DNA from: Candidatus Enterousia sp. | GTDB taxonomy: Bacteria; Pseudomonadota; Alphaproteobacteria; Rs-D84 | Assembly: GCA_045630455.1 (NCBI GenBank) | Contig: JAZQTD010000048.1 | Coordinates: 1,828-65,827 of the forward strand | Length of the DNA stretch: 64,000 bases | Direction: 5' to 3' | Part shown: in pieces, positions 48,204 through 57,814 of the stretch | Position numbering within the stretch: position 1 is the first letter of the stretch | How the letters are laid out: each line of letters opens with the position of its first letter | Position numbers and translations under genes: made by a program | The notes under the pieces: model-generated | Seen by the model: only the letters and a program-made list of their open reading frames with translations | The model's database searches: none | Told to the model about the DNA's origin: nothing

Positions 48204-49077
48204 ATTGGCAGATGGATTTATAATCTTGGACAAAGACAGTGGAATGTTTTCAAGAACAGCGGGTGGCAAGATTGCGCGTATGTTTGAAACTAAAAAGTTC
48301 GGACATATCGGCACACTGGACCCAATGGCAACGGGTGTTTTGCCAATTGCAATTGGTAATGCGACAAAGATGATACCGTTTATCGAAGATATAAATTCTA
48401 ATGAAAAAGAATATTTGTTTTCATGCCAGTTTGGATTTGAAACAGACACATTGGATATAACAGGACATGAAATCGCCCGTGATAATATTACGCCAACTGT
48501 TGACATGGTGCAATCTGTACTGCCAAATTTGATTGGTAAAATTATGCAAACGCCGCCAATTTATTCGGCGGTGCACGTTGATGGTGTGCGCGCCTATGAT
48601 GCGGCGCGCCGTGGTCGCGATATTGAAATTCCGCCCCGCGAAATAGAGATTTTTGAACTAGAATTTACTGGGATTGTTGATAATTCTTGGCAGTTTCGTG
48701 TGCGTTGCAGTCGTGGTACATACGTGCGTTCTATTGCGCGCGATATTGCTAAAATGTGTGGGTGTTTGGCAACGGTTGATATGATACGCCGGACGCAAAC
48801 CAATGGATTTACTATAAAAAATGCAGTAAAACTTGATTTTTTAGAAAATCTGGTTAATAATGGTGGCGATTTCAAGAAATACTTGGAACCAATTGATTCA
48901 GGACTGGGGGACATTCCGGTTATGAATCTTGACGGCACGGCGGCTAACTTTTACAAGAATGGCGGCTTTGTCGAGACGGCGGGTGCGGACGGTCTGCGCC
49001 GTGTATATTCTGGTGACGTGTTCATTGGAATTGGTACGGTTGTGGACGGAAAATTGCGCCCAAAAAGAACAATATAA
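48193..49077 (+). CDS. truB: tRNA pseudouridine(55) synthase
   Basis: GHIGTLDPMATGVLPIAIG catalytic motif. Overlaps the mutS end by 11 nt. Confidence 0.9.
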   Translation: MGNKLADGFIILDKDSGMFSRTAGGKIARMFETKKFGHIGTLDPMATGVLPIAIGNATKMIPFIEDINSNEKEYLFSCQFGFETDTLDITGHEIARDNITPTVDMVQSVLPNLIGKIMQTPPIYSAVHVDGVRAYDAARRGRDIEIPPREIEIFELEFTGIVDNSWQFRVRCSRGTYVRSIARDIAKMCGCLATVDMIRRTQTNGFTIKNAVKLDFLENLVNNGGDFKKYLEPIDSGLGDIPVMNLDGTAANFYKNGGFVETAGADGLRRVYSGDVFIGIGTVVDGKLRPKRTI

Positions 49078-49096
49078 AAAACAAAAGGAAAAAATA

Positions 49097-49369
49097 ATGT
49101 CCGTTACAAAAGAACAAATTGCCGAAGTAGTGGCAAATTTCAAAACGACTGAAAAAGACAATGGTGGTTCTGCTGCGGCTCAGGTTGCAGGTTTGACATT
49201 GCGTATTCGCAATTTGACAGAACACATGAAGGCTAATCACAAAGACAAACACTCTAAACGTGGTCTGTTGTTGATGGTTAACCGTCGTAAAAAATTATTG
49301 GCATACATCAAGAAAAACGATGTTGCTGAATACGAAGAACTGATTAAGAAATTGGGTTTGCGTAAATAA
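49097..49369 (+). CDS. rpsO: 30S ribosomal protein S15
   Basis: MSVTKEQIAEVV...GSAAAQVAGLTLRIRNLTEHMKANHKDKHSKRGLL is the uS15 pattern. The ORF track's upstream extension from 48929 is spurious. Confidence 0.9.
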   Translation: MSVTKEQIAEVVANFKTTEKDNGGSAAAQVAGLTLRIRNLTEHMKANHKDKHSKRGLLLMVNRRKKLLAYIKKNDVAEYEELIKKLGLRK

Positions 49370-49370
49370 T

Positions 49371-49399
49371 AAAAAACACCGGCAATCGCCGGTGTTTTT
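49371..49399. terminator. Bidirectional intrinsic terminator (AAAAAACACCGGC-AATC-GCCGGTGTTTTT)
   Basis: Between convergent rpsO and nth. Overlaps the nth stop. Confidence 0.7.
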
Positions 49400-50036
49400 A
49401 TTTGTTTTTCGGACACCATTTTGCAACGGGGCACATGTCGCACTTTGGGCGCAGTGCCGTGCACACATAGCGACCGTGCAGAACCATTACGTGATTTACA
49501 ATACTGTGATATTTTTTCGGAATCTTTTTTAGTAATTTTGCCTCTACTTTTTCAGGTGTGTTGTCGGTGTCATCCACCCAACCATATCGATGTGCATTGC
49601 GGAAAACGTGCGTATCGACACCGATGTTTGGTGCACCCCACAAAACATTACAAACAACATTTGCGGTCTTTTGTCCAATTCCCGGCAACTTCATCAGTTC
49701 ATCACGATTGTGGTATTTTGTTGGAAAAGTATCGGTCATATTTTCTGCCACCAACCGTTCAGCCAACGCAATTATGTTCTTTGCTTTGTTGTTAAAAAAC
49801 GAAATAACCTTGATGTGTTCTTTTAATCCGTCAATCCCCAGTTCCAGCATCTTTTGTGGTGTTGGCGCGATGCGGAATAATTCTGGTGTGACTTCGTTAA
49901 CTTTTTTATCAGTCGCTTGGGCTGATAAAATCACCGCCACCGCAAAGTTAAATTCATTTGTGTGATACAGTTCCGACCGAATTGTCATATCAACGGTCGG
50001 TGGAACATTTTCAAAATATCTTTGCGGTGTCAGCAT
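49398..50036 (-). CDS. nth: Endonuclease III
   Basis: HhH LPGIGQKTANVV, catalytic VDTHVFR, 4Fe-4S ligands C..LRPKCDMCPVAKWC. Confidence 0.9.
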   Translation of the reverse strand: MLTPQRYFENVPPTVDMTIRSELYHTNEFNFAVAVILSAQATDKKVNEVTPELFRIAPTPQKMLELGIDGLKEHIKVISFFNNKAKNIIALAERLVAENMTDTFPTKYHNRDELMKLPGIGQKTANVVCNVLWGAPNIGVDTHVFRNAHRYGWVDDTDNTPEKVEAKLLKKIPKKYHSIVNHVMVLHGRYVCTALRPKCDMCPVAKWCPKNK

Positions 50037-50248
50037 TATTTCTGCTTTTGTAACAGTTCCAGAATTTTTGCGTTTTGCCCTTTTACAATCCGCAAATTGT
50101 CCAGTATTGTATATTCTTCACGTGTTAAATTTAACTTACGTGAACATAACGATTCTCTTTTGCAAAGACCGTTTGAACGAAAATCAGGACATTGACAACC
50201 ATAATCATTTTCTGGATAAAAAAATTCTTTACAATATTTTTCTGCCAT
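50036..50248 (-). CDS. Small cysteine-rich protein (PDGRC-motif family)
   Basis: 70 aa: C-x11-C-Q-C-PDFRSNGL-C-x5-C, then TREEYTILDNL...LELLQKQK. Overlaps the nth start by 1 nt. Confidence 0.6.
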   Translation of the reverse strand: MAEKYCKEFFYPENDYGCQCPDFRSNGLCKRESLCSRKLNLTREEYTILDNLRIVKGQNAKILELLQKQK

Positions 50249-50259
50249 TTTTTAATTCC

Positions 50260-50673
50260 TTATTTCTGATTTTCTTTATCACGATGAATAAATTGCAGCA
50301 AGCGCGTGGCTAATTCCATTTCTTCGCTTAAATACATTTCGTGTGGACAGTCCTCACGTTCCTGTTTATATTCGTGTGCTTTGCATTTACCGCCCGGCGA
50401 TTGATATGGACAATGTTTATCAATCTGACCACAGAAAAGATTATTTGGAAAAGATTGTTCTTTTTTACAGGTTGTTGAAATCACACGCGCACCATTATTG
50501 TGGATATGATACATATACTTAATCAGAAATCCCATATCTGGACTTGTCACCACCACAGAGTCCGGACAGCGTTCAACCTCGCCCAAACGTTCGGTTAATT
50601 TACAACGTCCGTCTGGCATTTTTTCCGGACATTTCGTTGTGATATTGCCGCAGTACAAATATGGGTATTTCAT
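50260..50673 (-). CDS. Cysteine-rich protein with two PDGRC-type repeats
   Basis: 137 aa. Repeat 1 is C-x6-C-PEKMPDGR-C-x11-C. Repeat 2 is C-x11-C-x6-C-PYQSPGGK-C-x11-C. The tail ends KENQK. 11-nt spacers on both sides. Confidence 0.6.
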   Translation of the reverse strand: MKYPYLYCGNITTKCPEKMPDGRCKLTERLGEVERCPDSVVVTSPDMGFLIKYMYHIHNNGARVISTTCKKEQSFPNNLFCGQIDKHCPYQSPGGKCKAHEYKQEREDCPHEMYLSEEMELATRLLQFIHRDKENQK

Positions 50674-50684
50674 GATTTATCCTT

Positions 50685-53600
50685 TTATGCTTTTTTGACC
50701 GAGATTGCTAATGCGTATCCTTCGATATCCGTGGTGTATTCACCGTCACCATTTACCATTTCAACAACCAGTGCCTCACTCATAATACGCTTTTTATGGG
50801 CATCAATTGCCATTGCCAATGCCGGGTCTGCATTATATGTCAAAACGATACGGTCAGATACGTCCAACCCCGCTGTTTTACGTGTGTCTTGGATAAAGCG
50901 AAGCGCATCGTTTGCCAACCCTTCGGCAACCAGGTCTGCGGTTACATCTGTATCCAACACAACCACAGCGGTGTTATCTGGCAGCGCCGCCCCAGTTACA
51001 CCTTCTTTTACAGTCAATCTGTTTTCGAATTCGTCGGCGTTTAATTCAAATCCAGCTACGACCAATTTGTCATCTTTGACTTCAAAGTCGCCACGTTTAA
51101 CGGCTGGGATAATTTCTTTTAATGCCCCGCCCAGACGTGCGCCGATTTTTGGTGTAATCAGATACACAAAAGAATCTGCTACGTCTGCAATGTTATCAAC
51201 GAACACAACTTGTTTTACATTTAGTTCGTCGCGGATAATATCGGCGTATGCGCTTAAATCTGTGCCTGCAACCGTCATAGATGCCAATGGTAAACGATTG
51301 CGCAATTTGTATTGTTCGCGTAACTGTTTTCCAGTTGATACGATTGCCTGTACACGGCGCATATCATCTACGATTTTGTTGTCGAATTCAGCGACTGTTG
51401 GGAAATCTGTTAAATGCACAGATTCTTCACCTGTTAATGAGCGATAGATATATTCAGACACAAACGGTGCAAACGGTGCAAGTACGCGACAAAGTTTTAC
51501 CAGTACTGTGTACAGCGTATCAAATGCGTCTTGTTCTTCGTCCCAGAAACGTGCGCGTCCACGACGAATGTACCAGTTGTTCAAGATATCCAAGAATCTT
51601 ACAAATTCTTTGATTGCGACATCTGGCTTGTATTCGGTTAGTGAATTTTTAACCACATCAACTAACACATTTAATTCCGCCAAGATATATTTATCCAATG
51701 GATTTGTTGGATTTGCCATTTCTTGTGCAGTCACATTTCCTGCGTTTGCATACAGTGTAAAGAAGTGATACGCGTTCCACAGTGGTGTTTGAATTGTTTT
51801 TGTTGATTCAACGAATACTTTACCTTCTTTATCAACTGGAACTGGTTCTGCCTTCATAAAGTTAGAGCCCAATATATACAAACGAACGGCATCTGCGCCA
51901 TATTGTTCAATCTGTTCACTTGGGTCAACAAAGTTGCGCAATGATTTAGAGAACTTCTTTTTATTTTCATCAACAACCATACCGTTTGCAGACACAGCCA
52001 TAAATGCAGGCTTGTCAAACAATGCAGTTGCCAACACCATCAGCGCATAGAACCAACCACGTGTTTGGTCTTGACCTTCGATAATATAATCGGCTGGGAA
52101 TGTCGCTGCAAATTTATCTGCATTTTCGAACGGATAGTGCAACGATGCCCACGGCATAGAACCACTTTCAACCCAGCAATCCAAAACGTCTGGGATACGT
52201 GTCCAACCGTCTTTGGTTAATTTATCCAATGTTGGACGGTGCAGATCGTCAACCGTTACGCCAAAGAATTCTTCCAGTTCTGCGATAGAGCCAAATATTT
52301 TATATTCACCATCCCGTTCCCAGATTGGCAATGGCATACCCCAGAAACGATTTCTGGAAATTGACCACGGACGTGCGTTTTCAATCCACATACGGAAACG
52401 TTCGCCAGCAGATGTCCAATTAACCAGATTGTTATTCGCAATCAGTTTGTCTTTGATTTTTGGCACATCGATATACCAAGAATCGGTCGCGCGCTGAATT
52501 AACTTTTCTTTGCTGCGGTCGCCGAATGGATAACTGTGCTTGTACTGTTCTTTTTTGACCAGTTTACCATTTGTTTTCAGCCAATCTAAAATAGCCGGTG
52601 TTGCCGCAAAGATATTTTGACCTGCAAAATCCACAACTGTTTCATCAAAGTTGCCGTACGTATCAACATTTAATAAAACTGGGAATTTTGGATCAATTGC
52701 CTTGGCGGCCCAAAAGTCTTCGGCTCCGTACGCAGGTGCAATATGAACGATACCCGTACCATCAGAATCAGAAACATAGTCTGCTGGGATAACCTGGAAT
52801 AATAATTCAGACTGGCCCGCATAGTATGGGAACAATGGTGTATAGTGCATACCCGCCAATTCAGAGCCCTTTACACGAGCGATTTCAGTTGTGTTGGCGA
52901 ATTGCTTTTCGTATGCCTTCAGACGACTTTCTGCAACAACGTAAACTGCGCCATCTGTATCTTGCATACGCAGATATGTCATATTTGGGTTAACGGCCAA
53001 CGCACTGTTTGCAGGCAATGTCCACGGTGTAGTTGTCCACGCAATTACACGATCACCGTTTTCCAATTCGAACCAAACAGTCACTGCATCATCAATAATT
53101 TCGCGATAATCACTGGAAGCTTCGGAATTAGAAATAACCGTACCGTTTACCCAGTCGTATGGATTAACACTGTAATCTTTGTACAACAGACCCTTTTCAT
53201 ACAAAGACTTTAATGTCCATAGCATGGATTCCATATAGTTTTTATCCATTGTTTTGTATCCGTATCCGTCACCGATATCAACCCAGCGACCCATACGTGT
53301 AATAAATGTGTTCCATTCATTTGTATATGTCATAACATCAGTGCGGCACATATCACAGAACGCAGCAATGCCATCGTTTGCAACGATATCCTTGGCAGAT
53401 TTACCGACTTTTTTCTCGACCGAGTTTTCCGCAGGTAACCCGTGGCAATCCCAGCCCAGTTCACGATTAACATATCGACCCGACATCGTCTGGAAACGTG
53501 ACACCATATCTTTGACAACCGAAACCCCCAAGTGTCCCCAGTGTGGTTTACCATTGGCAAAGGGCGGACCGTCAAAGAATGAAAATGGACGACCAGACTT

Positions 53601-53708
53601 TGTTTTGTCTAGTGATTTATGAAAAGTGTTATTTTCGCGCCAGTATGCTAATACAGCCTGTTCCATTTCTGGAAAGTTTGCGCGTGGGTCTGTTTTTTTG
53701 TATGACAT
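50685..53708 (-). CDS. ileS: Isoleucine--tRNA ligase (long, type 2 / eukaryote-like form)
   Basis: GPPFANGKPHWGH (HIGH region), KFSKS. About 1007 aa from the ATG at 53708 (after GGAG). No C-terminal CxxC zinc motifs. Confidence 0.9.
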   Translation of the reverse strand: MSYKKTDPRANFPEMEQAVLAYWRENNTFHKSLDKTKSGRPFSFFDGPPFANGKPHWGHLGVSVVKDMVSRFQTMSGRYVNRELGWDCHGLPAENSVEKKVGKSAKDIVANDGIAAFCDMCRTDVMTYTNEWNTFITRMGRWVDIGDGYGYKTMDKNYMESMLWTLKSLYEKGLLYKDYSVNPYDWVNGTVISNSEASSDYREIIDDAVTVWFELENGDRVIAWTTTPWTLPANSALAVNPNMTYLRMQDTDGAVYVVAESRLKAYEKQFANTTEIARVKGSELAGMHYTPLFPYYAGQSELLFQVIPADYVSDSDGTGIVHIAPAYGAEDFWAAKAIDPKFPVLLNVDTYGNFDETVVDFAGQNIFAATPAILDWLKTNGKLVKKEQYKHSYPFGDRSKEKLIQRATDSWYIDVPKIKDKLIANNNLVNWTSAGERFRMWIENARPWSISRNRFWGMPLPIWERDGEYKIFGSIAELEEFFGVTVDDLHRPTLDKLTKDGWTRIPDVLDCWVESGSMPWASLHYPFENADKFAATFPADYIIEGQDQTRGWFYALMVLATALFDKPAFMAVSANGMVVDENKKKFSKSLRNFVDPSEQIEQYGADAVRLYILGSNFMKAEPVPVDKEGKVFVESTKTIQTPLWNAYHFFTLYANAGNVTAQEMANPTNPLDKYILAELNVLVDVVKNSLTEYKPDVAIKEFVRFLDILNNWYIRRGRARFWDEEQDAFDTLYTVLVKLCRVLAPFAPFVSEYIYRSLTGEESVHLTDFPTVAEFDNKIVDDMRRVQAIVSTGKQLREQYKLRNRLPLASMTVAGTDLSAYADIIRDELNVKQVVFVDNIADVADSFVYLITPKIGARLGGALKEIIPAVKRGDFEVKDDKLVVAGFELNADEFENRLTVKEGVTGAALPDNTAVVVLDTDVTADLVAEGLANDALRFIQDTRKTAGLDVSDRIVLTYNADPALAMAIDAHKKRIMSEALVVEMVNGDGEYTTDIEGYALAISVKKA

Positions 53709-53732
53709 ACTTACTACTCCGTTTTTATTATT

Positions 53733-53754
53733 AAAAAAAAGGCGCATATGCGCC
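53733..53754 (-). terminator. Intrinsic terminator between tRNA-Thr and ileS
   Basis: The minus strand reads GGCGCATATGCGCC followed by TTTTTTTT. Confidence 0.6.
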
Positions 53755-53831
53755 CCAGCCACCGCCAAAGCGCGTGCGACTATTATCTAATAATAATTAT
53801 TGTTGTCTGTTTCATTTTTTTCTTTTATTTC

Positions 53832-53907
53832 TGGTGCCGGTGATAGGACTTGAACCTACGACCCCCTCATTACGAATGAGATGCTCTACCAGCTGAGCTA
53901 CACCGGC
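53832..53907 (-). tRNA. tRNA-Thr (CGU anticodon)
   Basis: Reverse complement GCCGGTGTAGCTCAGCTGGTAGAGCATCTCATTCGTAATGAGGGGGTCGTAGGTTCAAGTCCTATCACCGGCACCA. Canonical cloverleaf with anticodon loop TTCGTAA. Confidence 0.9.
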
Positions 53908-53957
53908 GACGCAAAAAACTATAAAACATATTTGCGACAAATTCCAGTATAATTTTT

Positions 53958-55601
53958 TTAAGATTTAATCTTGCGCAGTACGACCATAATGCCCGCTGGG
54001 GTCATACCTGGGATTCTGGACAAGTCTGCAATATTTTCAGGGCGCACCGCATTTAATTTTTCAATCAATTCATTGGTCAGCCCTGGTAAATTATCATACT
54101 TAAAACCGCTTGGGATTTTCATATCTGCATCACGTTTGTATGCCGCAATTTCGCGTTCGTTTCGTGCAATATATCCCGCATAGAATTTATCGTTTTCGGC
54201 AAAAATATCTTTTTTAAGATTATATAATTTTTCGTATTTTTCTTGGGATATTAATCCTAATTTAACACCCATTTGCCCCAGACGTGCAATTGCATTATCT
54301 GCACGTAAATTCAGTCTGTATTCTGCACGCGAAGTAAACATACGATACGGTTCATCAACCCCAAGTGTTGTAATATCATCAATTAAAACACCAATCATCG
54401 CGTTTGTTCGGTCTAATTCTAAGTACTCAATCCCCAATGCGTATGCGGCGGCATTTGCACCCGCAACCAAGCCTTGGGCGGCGGCTTCTTCGTATCCACT
54501 TGTTCCGTTTATTTGTCCCGCAAAGAACAAGTGTGGATTGTCTTTGCTTTGTAATTTATCGTTTAATGCGCGTGCATCAATTGCATCATATTCAATCGCA
54601 TATCCATATCGTGCAATACGTGCGTTTTCCAGCCCCGGTATCGTGCGAATCCATTTGTCTTGCATATCAGATCCAAAACTGGTTGATATTCCGTTTGGAT
54701 ATATAATATCGCTGTCATAGCCTTCGGGTTCCAAAAATACGTGATGTGATTTGTGTTCTGGGAAACGCATAACTTTATCTTCCAGACTTGGGCAATATCG
54801 CGGACCTGTACCAACAATGTCGCCATTATACATTGGCGCATTTTTTATGTTTTCACGAATTACGTTATGTGTTTCTTCGTTCGTATGCGTGATAAAACAT
54901 GCACAGTGATAATTATTTTTTTCGTCCCCTAAATCAAACCAGTCGTGTGGCGTGTCGGGCTCTTGTACCTCGCACACGTCCCAGTTAATAGAATCACGAT
55001 AAATACGAGCGGGTGTACCTGTTTTCAGACGTAAAATCTTGAATCCCGCACCACGCAGAATATCAGAAATATTTTTATCTGCATCTTGATATGTGCCATC
55101 GTCTTGCAGGCGACCAGACGAAATCTTTTCATCACCACGTGTGACAACGCCATGCAAAAAAGTACCCGTTGTTAAAACAATAGATTTTGCTGCATACGCA
55201 TTGTTTACAGTACTTAGTGCAATATCTAAATCAACAACTGGTTCGTATTTTATACTCAGATTTTTATATTCAGACAAAATATTTATGATTGCATTGTGGT
55301 ATAAATCACGGTCGATTTGTGCGCGCAGTGCCTGGGTTGCCGCGCCATGTGTCGCATTCAGTGTGCGCCAATGAATGCCAGACTGGTCGGCTGCACGTCC
55401 CATAACACCGCCCAGCGCAGACATTTCTGCCACCATTTGTGATTTGCCGGGTCCACCAATACTTGGGTTACACGACAACGCGCCTAAATCACTTTTTGCC
55501 TGGGTCAGCAGTAATGTTTTAGCCCCACGGCGTGCAGATGCCGCCGCGGCTTCTACTCCGGCGTGTCCCCCACCAATAACAATCACATCATATTTTTTCA
55601 T
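53958..55601 (-). CDS. mnmG: tRNA uridine 5-carboxymethylaminomethyl modification enzyme MnmG (short form)
   Basis: FAD motif YDVIVIGGGHAGVEAA, CNPSIGG, RLKTGTPAR, GPRYCPSLEDK, AGQINGTSGYEEAAAQG. 547 aa. Confidence 0.85.
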   Translation of the reverse strand: MKKYDVIVIGGGHAGVEAAAASARRGAKTLLLTQAKSDLGALSCNPSIGGPGKSQMVAEMSALGGVMGRAADQSGIHWRTLNATHGAATQALRAQIDRDLYHNAIINILSEYKNLSIKYEPVVDLDIALSTVNNAYAAKSIVLTTGTFLHGVVTRGDEKISSGRLQDDGTYQDADKNISDILRGAGFKILRLKTGTPARIYRDSINWDVCEVQEPDTPHDWFDLGDEKNNYHCACFITHTNEETHNVIRENIKNAPMYNGDIVGTGPRYCPSLEDKVMRFPEHKSHHVFLEPEGYDSDIIYPNGISTSFGSDMQDKWIRTIPGLENARIARYGYAIEYDAIDARALNDKLQSKDNPHLFFAGQINGTSGYEEAAAQGLVAGANAAAYALGIEYLELDRTNAMIGVLIDDITTLGVDEPYRMFTSRAEYRLNLRADNAIARLGQMGVKLGLISQEKYEKLYNLKKDIFAENDKFYAGYIARNEREIAAYKRDADMKIPSGFKYDNLPGLTNELIEKLNAVRPENIADLSRIPGMTPAGIMVVLRKIKS

Positions 55602-56329
55602 TAAAAGCGTCCCATTCCACCATTTACATGCAGTGTCTGACCGTTGATATAAGCCGCTTCATCAGATGCCAAGAATACGCATGCGTTCGCAATATCTTCT
55701 GGTTCGCCAAAGCGACCCGCTGGGATTTGTGCCAAATAGTTTTTCTTTAATTCTTCTGGCAAAACATCGGTCATTGGTGTCTTGATAAAGCCTGGTGCGA
55801 TTGTGTTGGCGGTGATGCCGCGACTGCCAACTTCGGCCGCGATAGATTTTGTCATTGCAATCATACCACCCTTACTTGCGGCATAGTTTGCCTGACCTGG
55901 GCCACCAATTGCGCCAATAATAGATGCCATATTAATAATACGACCAAAACGATTCTTCATCATCGGCATAATTGCCGCACGACACATTTTGAAACAAGAG
56001 CGCAGGTTTGTGTTAATAACTTCGTCAAATTGTTCGTCACTCATACGCATTAACAGCGTGTCACGCGTAATCCCTGCATTATTAATCAAAATATCGATTT
56101 TACCCGCTGCTTCGATTGTGTTCATAACCAGTTCAACTGCGCCACCATCACTTGCCAGATCGCATGGAATTTTGATATATTCATCGCCAAATTCAGCATC
56201 CATTTTCGCAGTATTACGACCAGAAACAACAACTGTTGCGCCTGCTTCTTTCATTTTTCTTGCGATTGCGCCACCGATTCCACCGGTTGCGCCTGTGATA
56301 AGTGCTACTTTGCCTGTTAAGTCAAACAT
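55601..56329 (-). CDS. fabG: 3-oxoacyl-ACP reductase
   Basis: SDR motifs TGATGGIG, NNAG and YAASK. Next to fabD. Confidence 0.85.
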   Translation of the reverse strand: MFDLTGKVALITGATGGIGGAIARKMKEAGATVVVSGRNTAKMDAEFGDEYIKIPCDLASDGGAVELVMNTIEAAGKIDILINNAGITRDTLLMRMSDEQFDEVINTNLRSCFKMCRAAIMPMMKNRFGRIINMASIIGAIGGPGQANYAASKGGMIAMTKSIAAEVGSRGITANTIAPGFIKTPMTDVLPEELKKNYLAQIPAGRFGEPEDIANACVFLASDEAAYINGQTLHVNGGMGRF

Positions 56330-56330
56330 T

Positions 56331-57206
56331 TTATATCTCCAATTTCTTTGCGGTTATTTTATCTGTGATGCGGGAACACAGGCCGGTTAACACATTGCCT
56401 GGGCCCACTTCGATTTGTTCTGTGATACCGAGTTCAGCCATATTCAATACACTTTCACGCCAGCGCACACCGTGTGTCATTTGATATACCAACGCTTCTT
56501 TAATTTCATTGATATCTGTTGTTGGTTGACATGTCTTGTTCAAAATAATTGGCACGATTGGCTGTTTAAAGTCAACAGTTTCCAGTGCATCACGCATTAC
56601 ATCTGCCGAGGACGATTGCGCCCGACAATGAACCGGTACAGACAATGCCAACGGCATTGCGCGTTTTGCGCCATGTTCTTTTGCGACGTCTATTATTTTT
56701 TCAACGGCACCGCGCAGACCAGAGATTACAACCTGACCCGGACAGTTATCATTTGCAACATCACAATCTGTACATGCGCAAATTTCACGCACCGCGTCAA
56801 TATCCAACCCCAGAATTACAGCGGTTAAACCATCGCCGACTGGAACCGCGCTTTGCATTGCGTTTCCACGCACACGCAACAGTTTTGCCGCATCTCCAAC
56901 CGACAAAGCACCAGCTGCACATAACGCCGTATATTCACCCAGTGAATGTCCCGCAACGTATTCTGGTATTTTTGCATTTGCTGCACGCATCATTGCAATA
57001 GAAGTTGCCATAATTGCAGGCTGAACATTTGCAGTTAATGTTAGTGTATCAGCCGGTCCATTAAAAATAACGTCTGATAATTTTTCGCCCAGTGCTGCGT
57101 CCACTTCATCAAAGACCGCGCGTGCTGCCGCATTGGTTTCATAAAGTTCTTTGCCCATACCAACGCTTTGCGCACCTTGACCTGGGAAAACAAAAATAGA
57201 TGACAT
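56331..57206 (-). CDS. fabD: Malonyl CoA-ACP transacylase
   Basis: FPGQGAQ N-terminus and GHSLGEY active site. Confidence 0.85.
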   Translation of the reverse strand: MSSIFVFPGQGAQSVGMGKELYETNAAARAVFDEVDAALGEKLSDVIFNGPADTLTLTANVQPAIMATSIAMMRAANAKIPEYVAGHSLGEYTALCAAGALSVGDAAKLLRVRGNAMQSAVPVGDGLTAVILGLDIDAVREICACTDCDVANDNCPGQVVISGLRGAVEKIIDVAKEHGAKRAMPLALSVPVHCRAQSSSADVMRDALETVDFKQPIVPIILNKTCQPTTDINEIKEALVYQMTHGVRWRESVLNMAELGITEQIEVGPGNVLTGLCSRITDKITAKKLEI

Positions 57207-57343
57207 ATCGTGCCTTTTTTTATATTTAATACACCCATTATAGACTGGATTTTTCCTAAGCGCAAATATAATGATTTGTTGACTTTTTTCAGGGATAAAT
57301 TTGTTGAAAAAAAATTTGTCTGTATTAAACTATGCGACTGTAG

Positions 57344-57778
57344 GTGGTACAAAATATATGGAATAAACCAATGCACAATAAGATTAAAAAAAGCTTTACA
57401 TATGATACAACCATCGAATTCCAAAAATATTTGGGGCCTGTTATAGATACATATAAATGCGAATTATCAGAACATAAATTGCGTAAATTTTTAGAATCGA
57501 TTAGTTTTCATGGCAAGCCTACATGTATCAACACTATATCGGCAAAGGTGGACGCAAAGCATGATTCTTATCTTTTGTTAAAAGAGGGATATCCTTTGTA
57601 TTTTAACCACGCTGGCAACGGCGCCGCCAAAATCACGGTTGAATTAAAACCACTGGGGTGTATATGCGGAATTGAAAATTGTCCCCAAAGAATCATTGAT
57701 GGCAAATGTTTGTTTGATTGTGTTGAAAAAACATTTGGCGCCCACATCTTTGATAATAAAAAAATTAAAGGCAGATAA
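57344..57778 (+). CDS. Hypothetical protein with C-terminal PDGRC-like Cys motif
   Basis: C-terminus GCICGIENCPQRIIDGKCLFDC matches C-x-C-x4-C-P-x5-GK-C-x3-C. The start is uncertain (GTG 57344 or ATG 57371). Confidence 0.5.
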   Translation: MVQNIWNKPMHNKIKKSFTYDTTIEFQKYLGPVIDTYKCELSEHKLRKFLESISFHGKPTCINTISAKVDAKHDSYLLLKEGYPLYFNHAGNGAAKITVELKPLGCICGIENCPQRIIDGKCLFDCVEKTFGAHIFDNKKIKGR

Positions 57779-57784
57779 AGTCCT

Positions 57785-57814
57785 AAAAAAACACCGGTAT
57801 TTGCCGGTGTTTTT
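57785..57814. terminator. Bidirectional intrinsic terminator (AAAAAAACACCGGT-ATTT-GCCGGTGTTTTT)
   Basis: Between the convergent 57344..57778 gene and queH. Overlaps the queH stop. Confidence 0.7.

Noticed and set aside
53958-55601. Possible pseudogenisation of mnmG, because it is ~80 aa shorter than the E. coli enzyme
   Set aside because: The reading frame is intact and all catalytic and FAD motifs are present, as is the C-terminal helical tail. The shortening lies in the C-terminal linker and fits the general protein compaction seen across the window.
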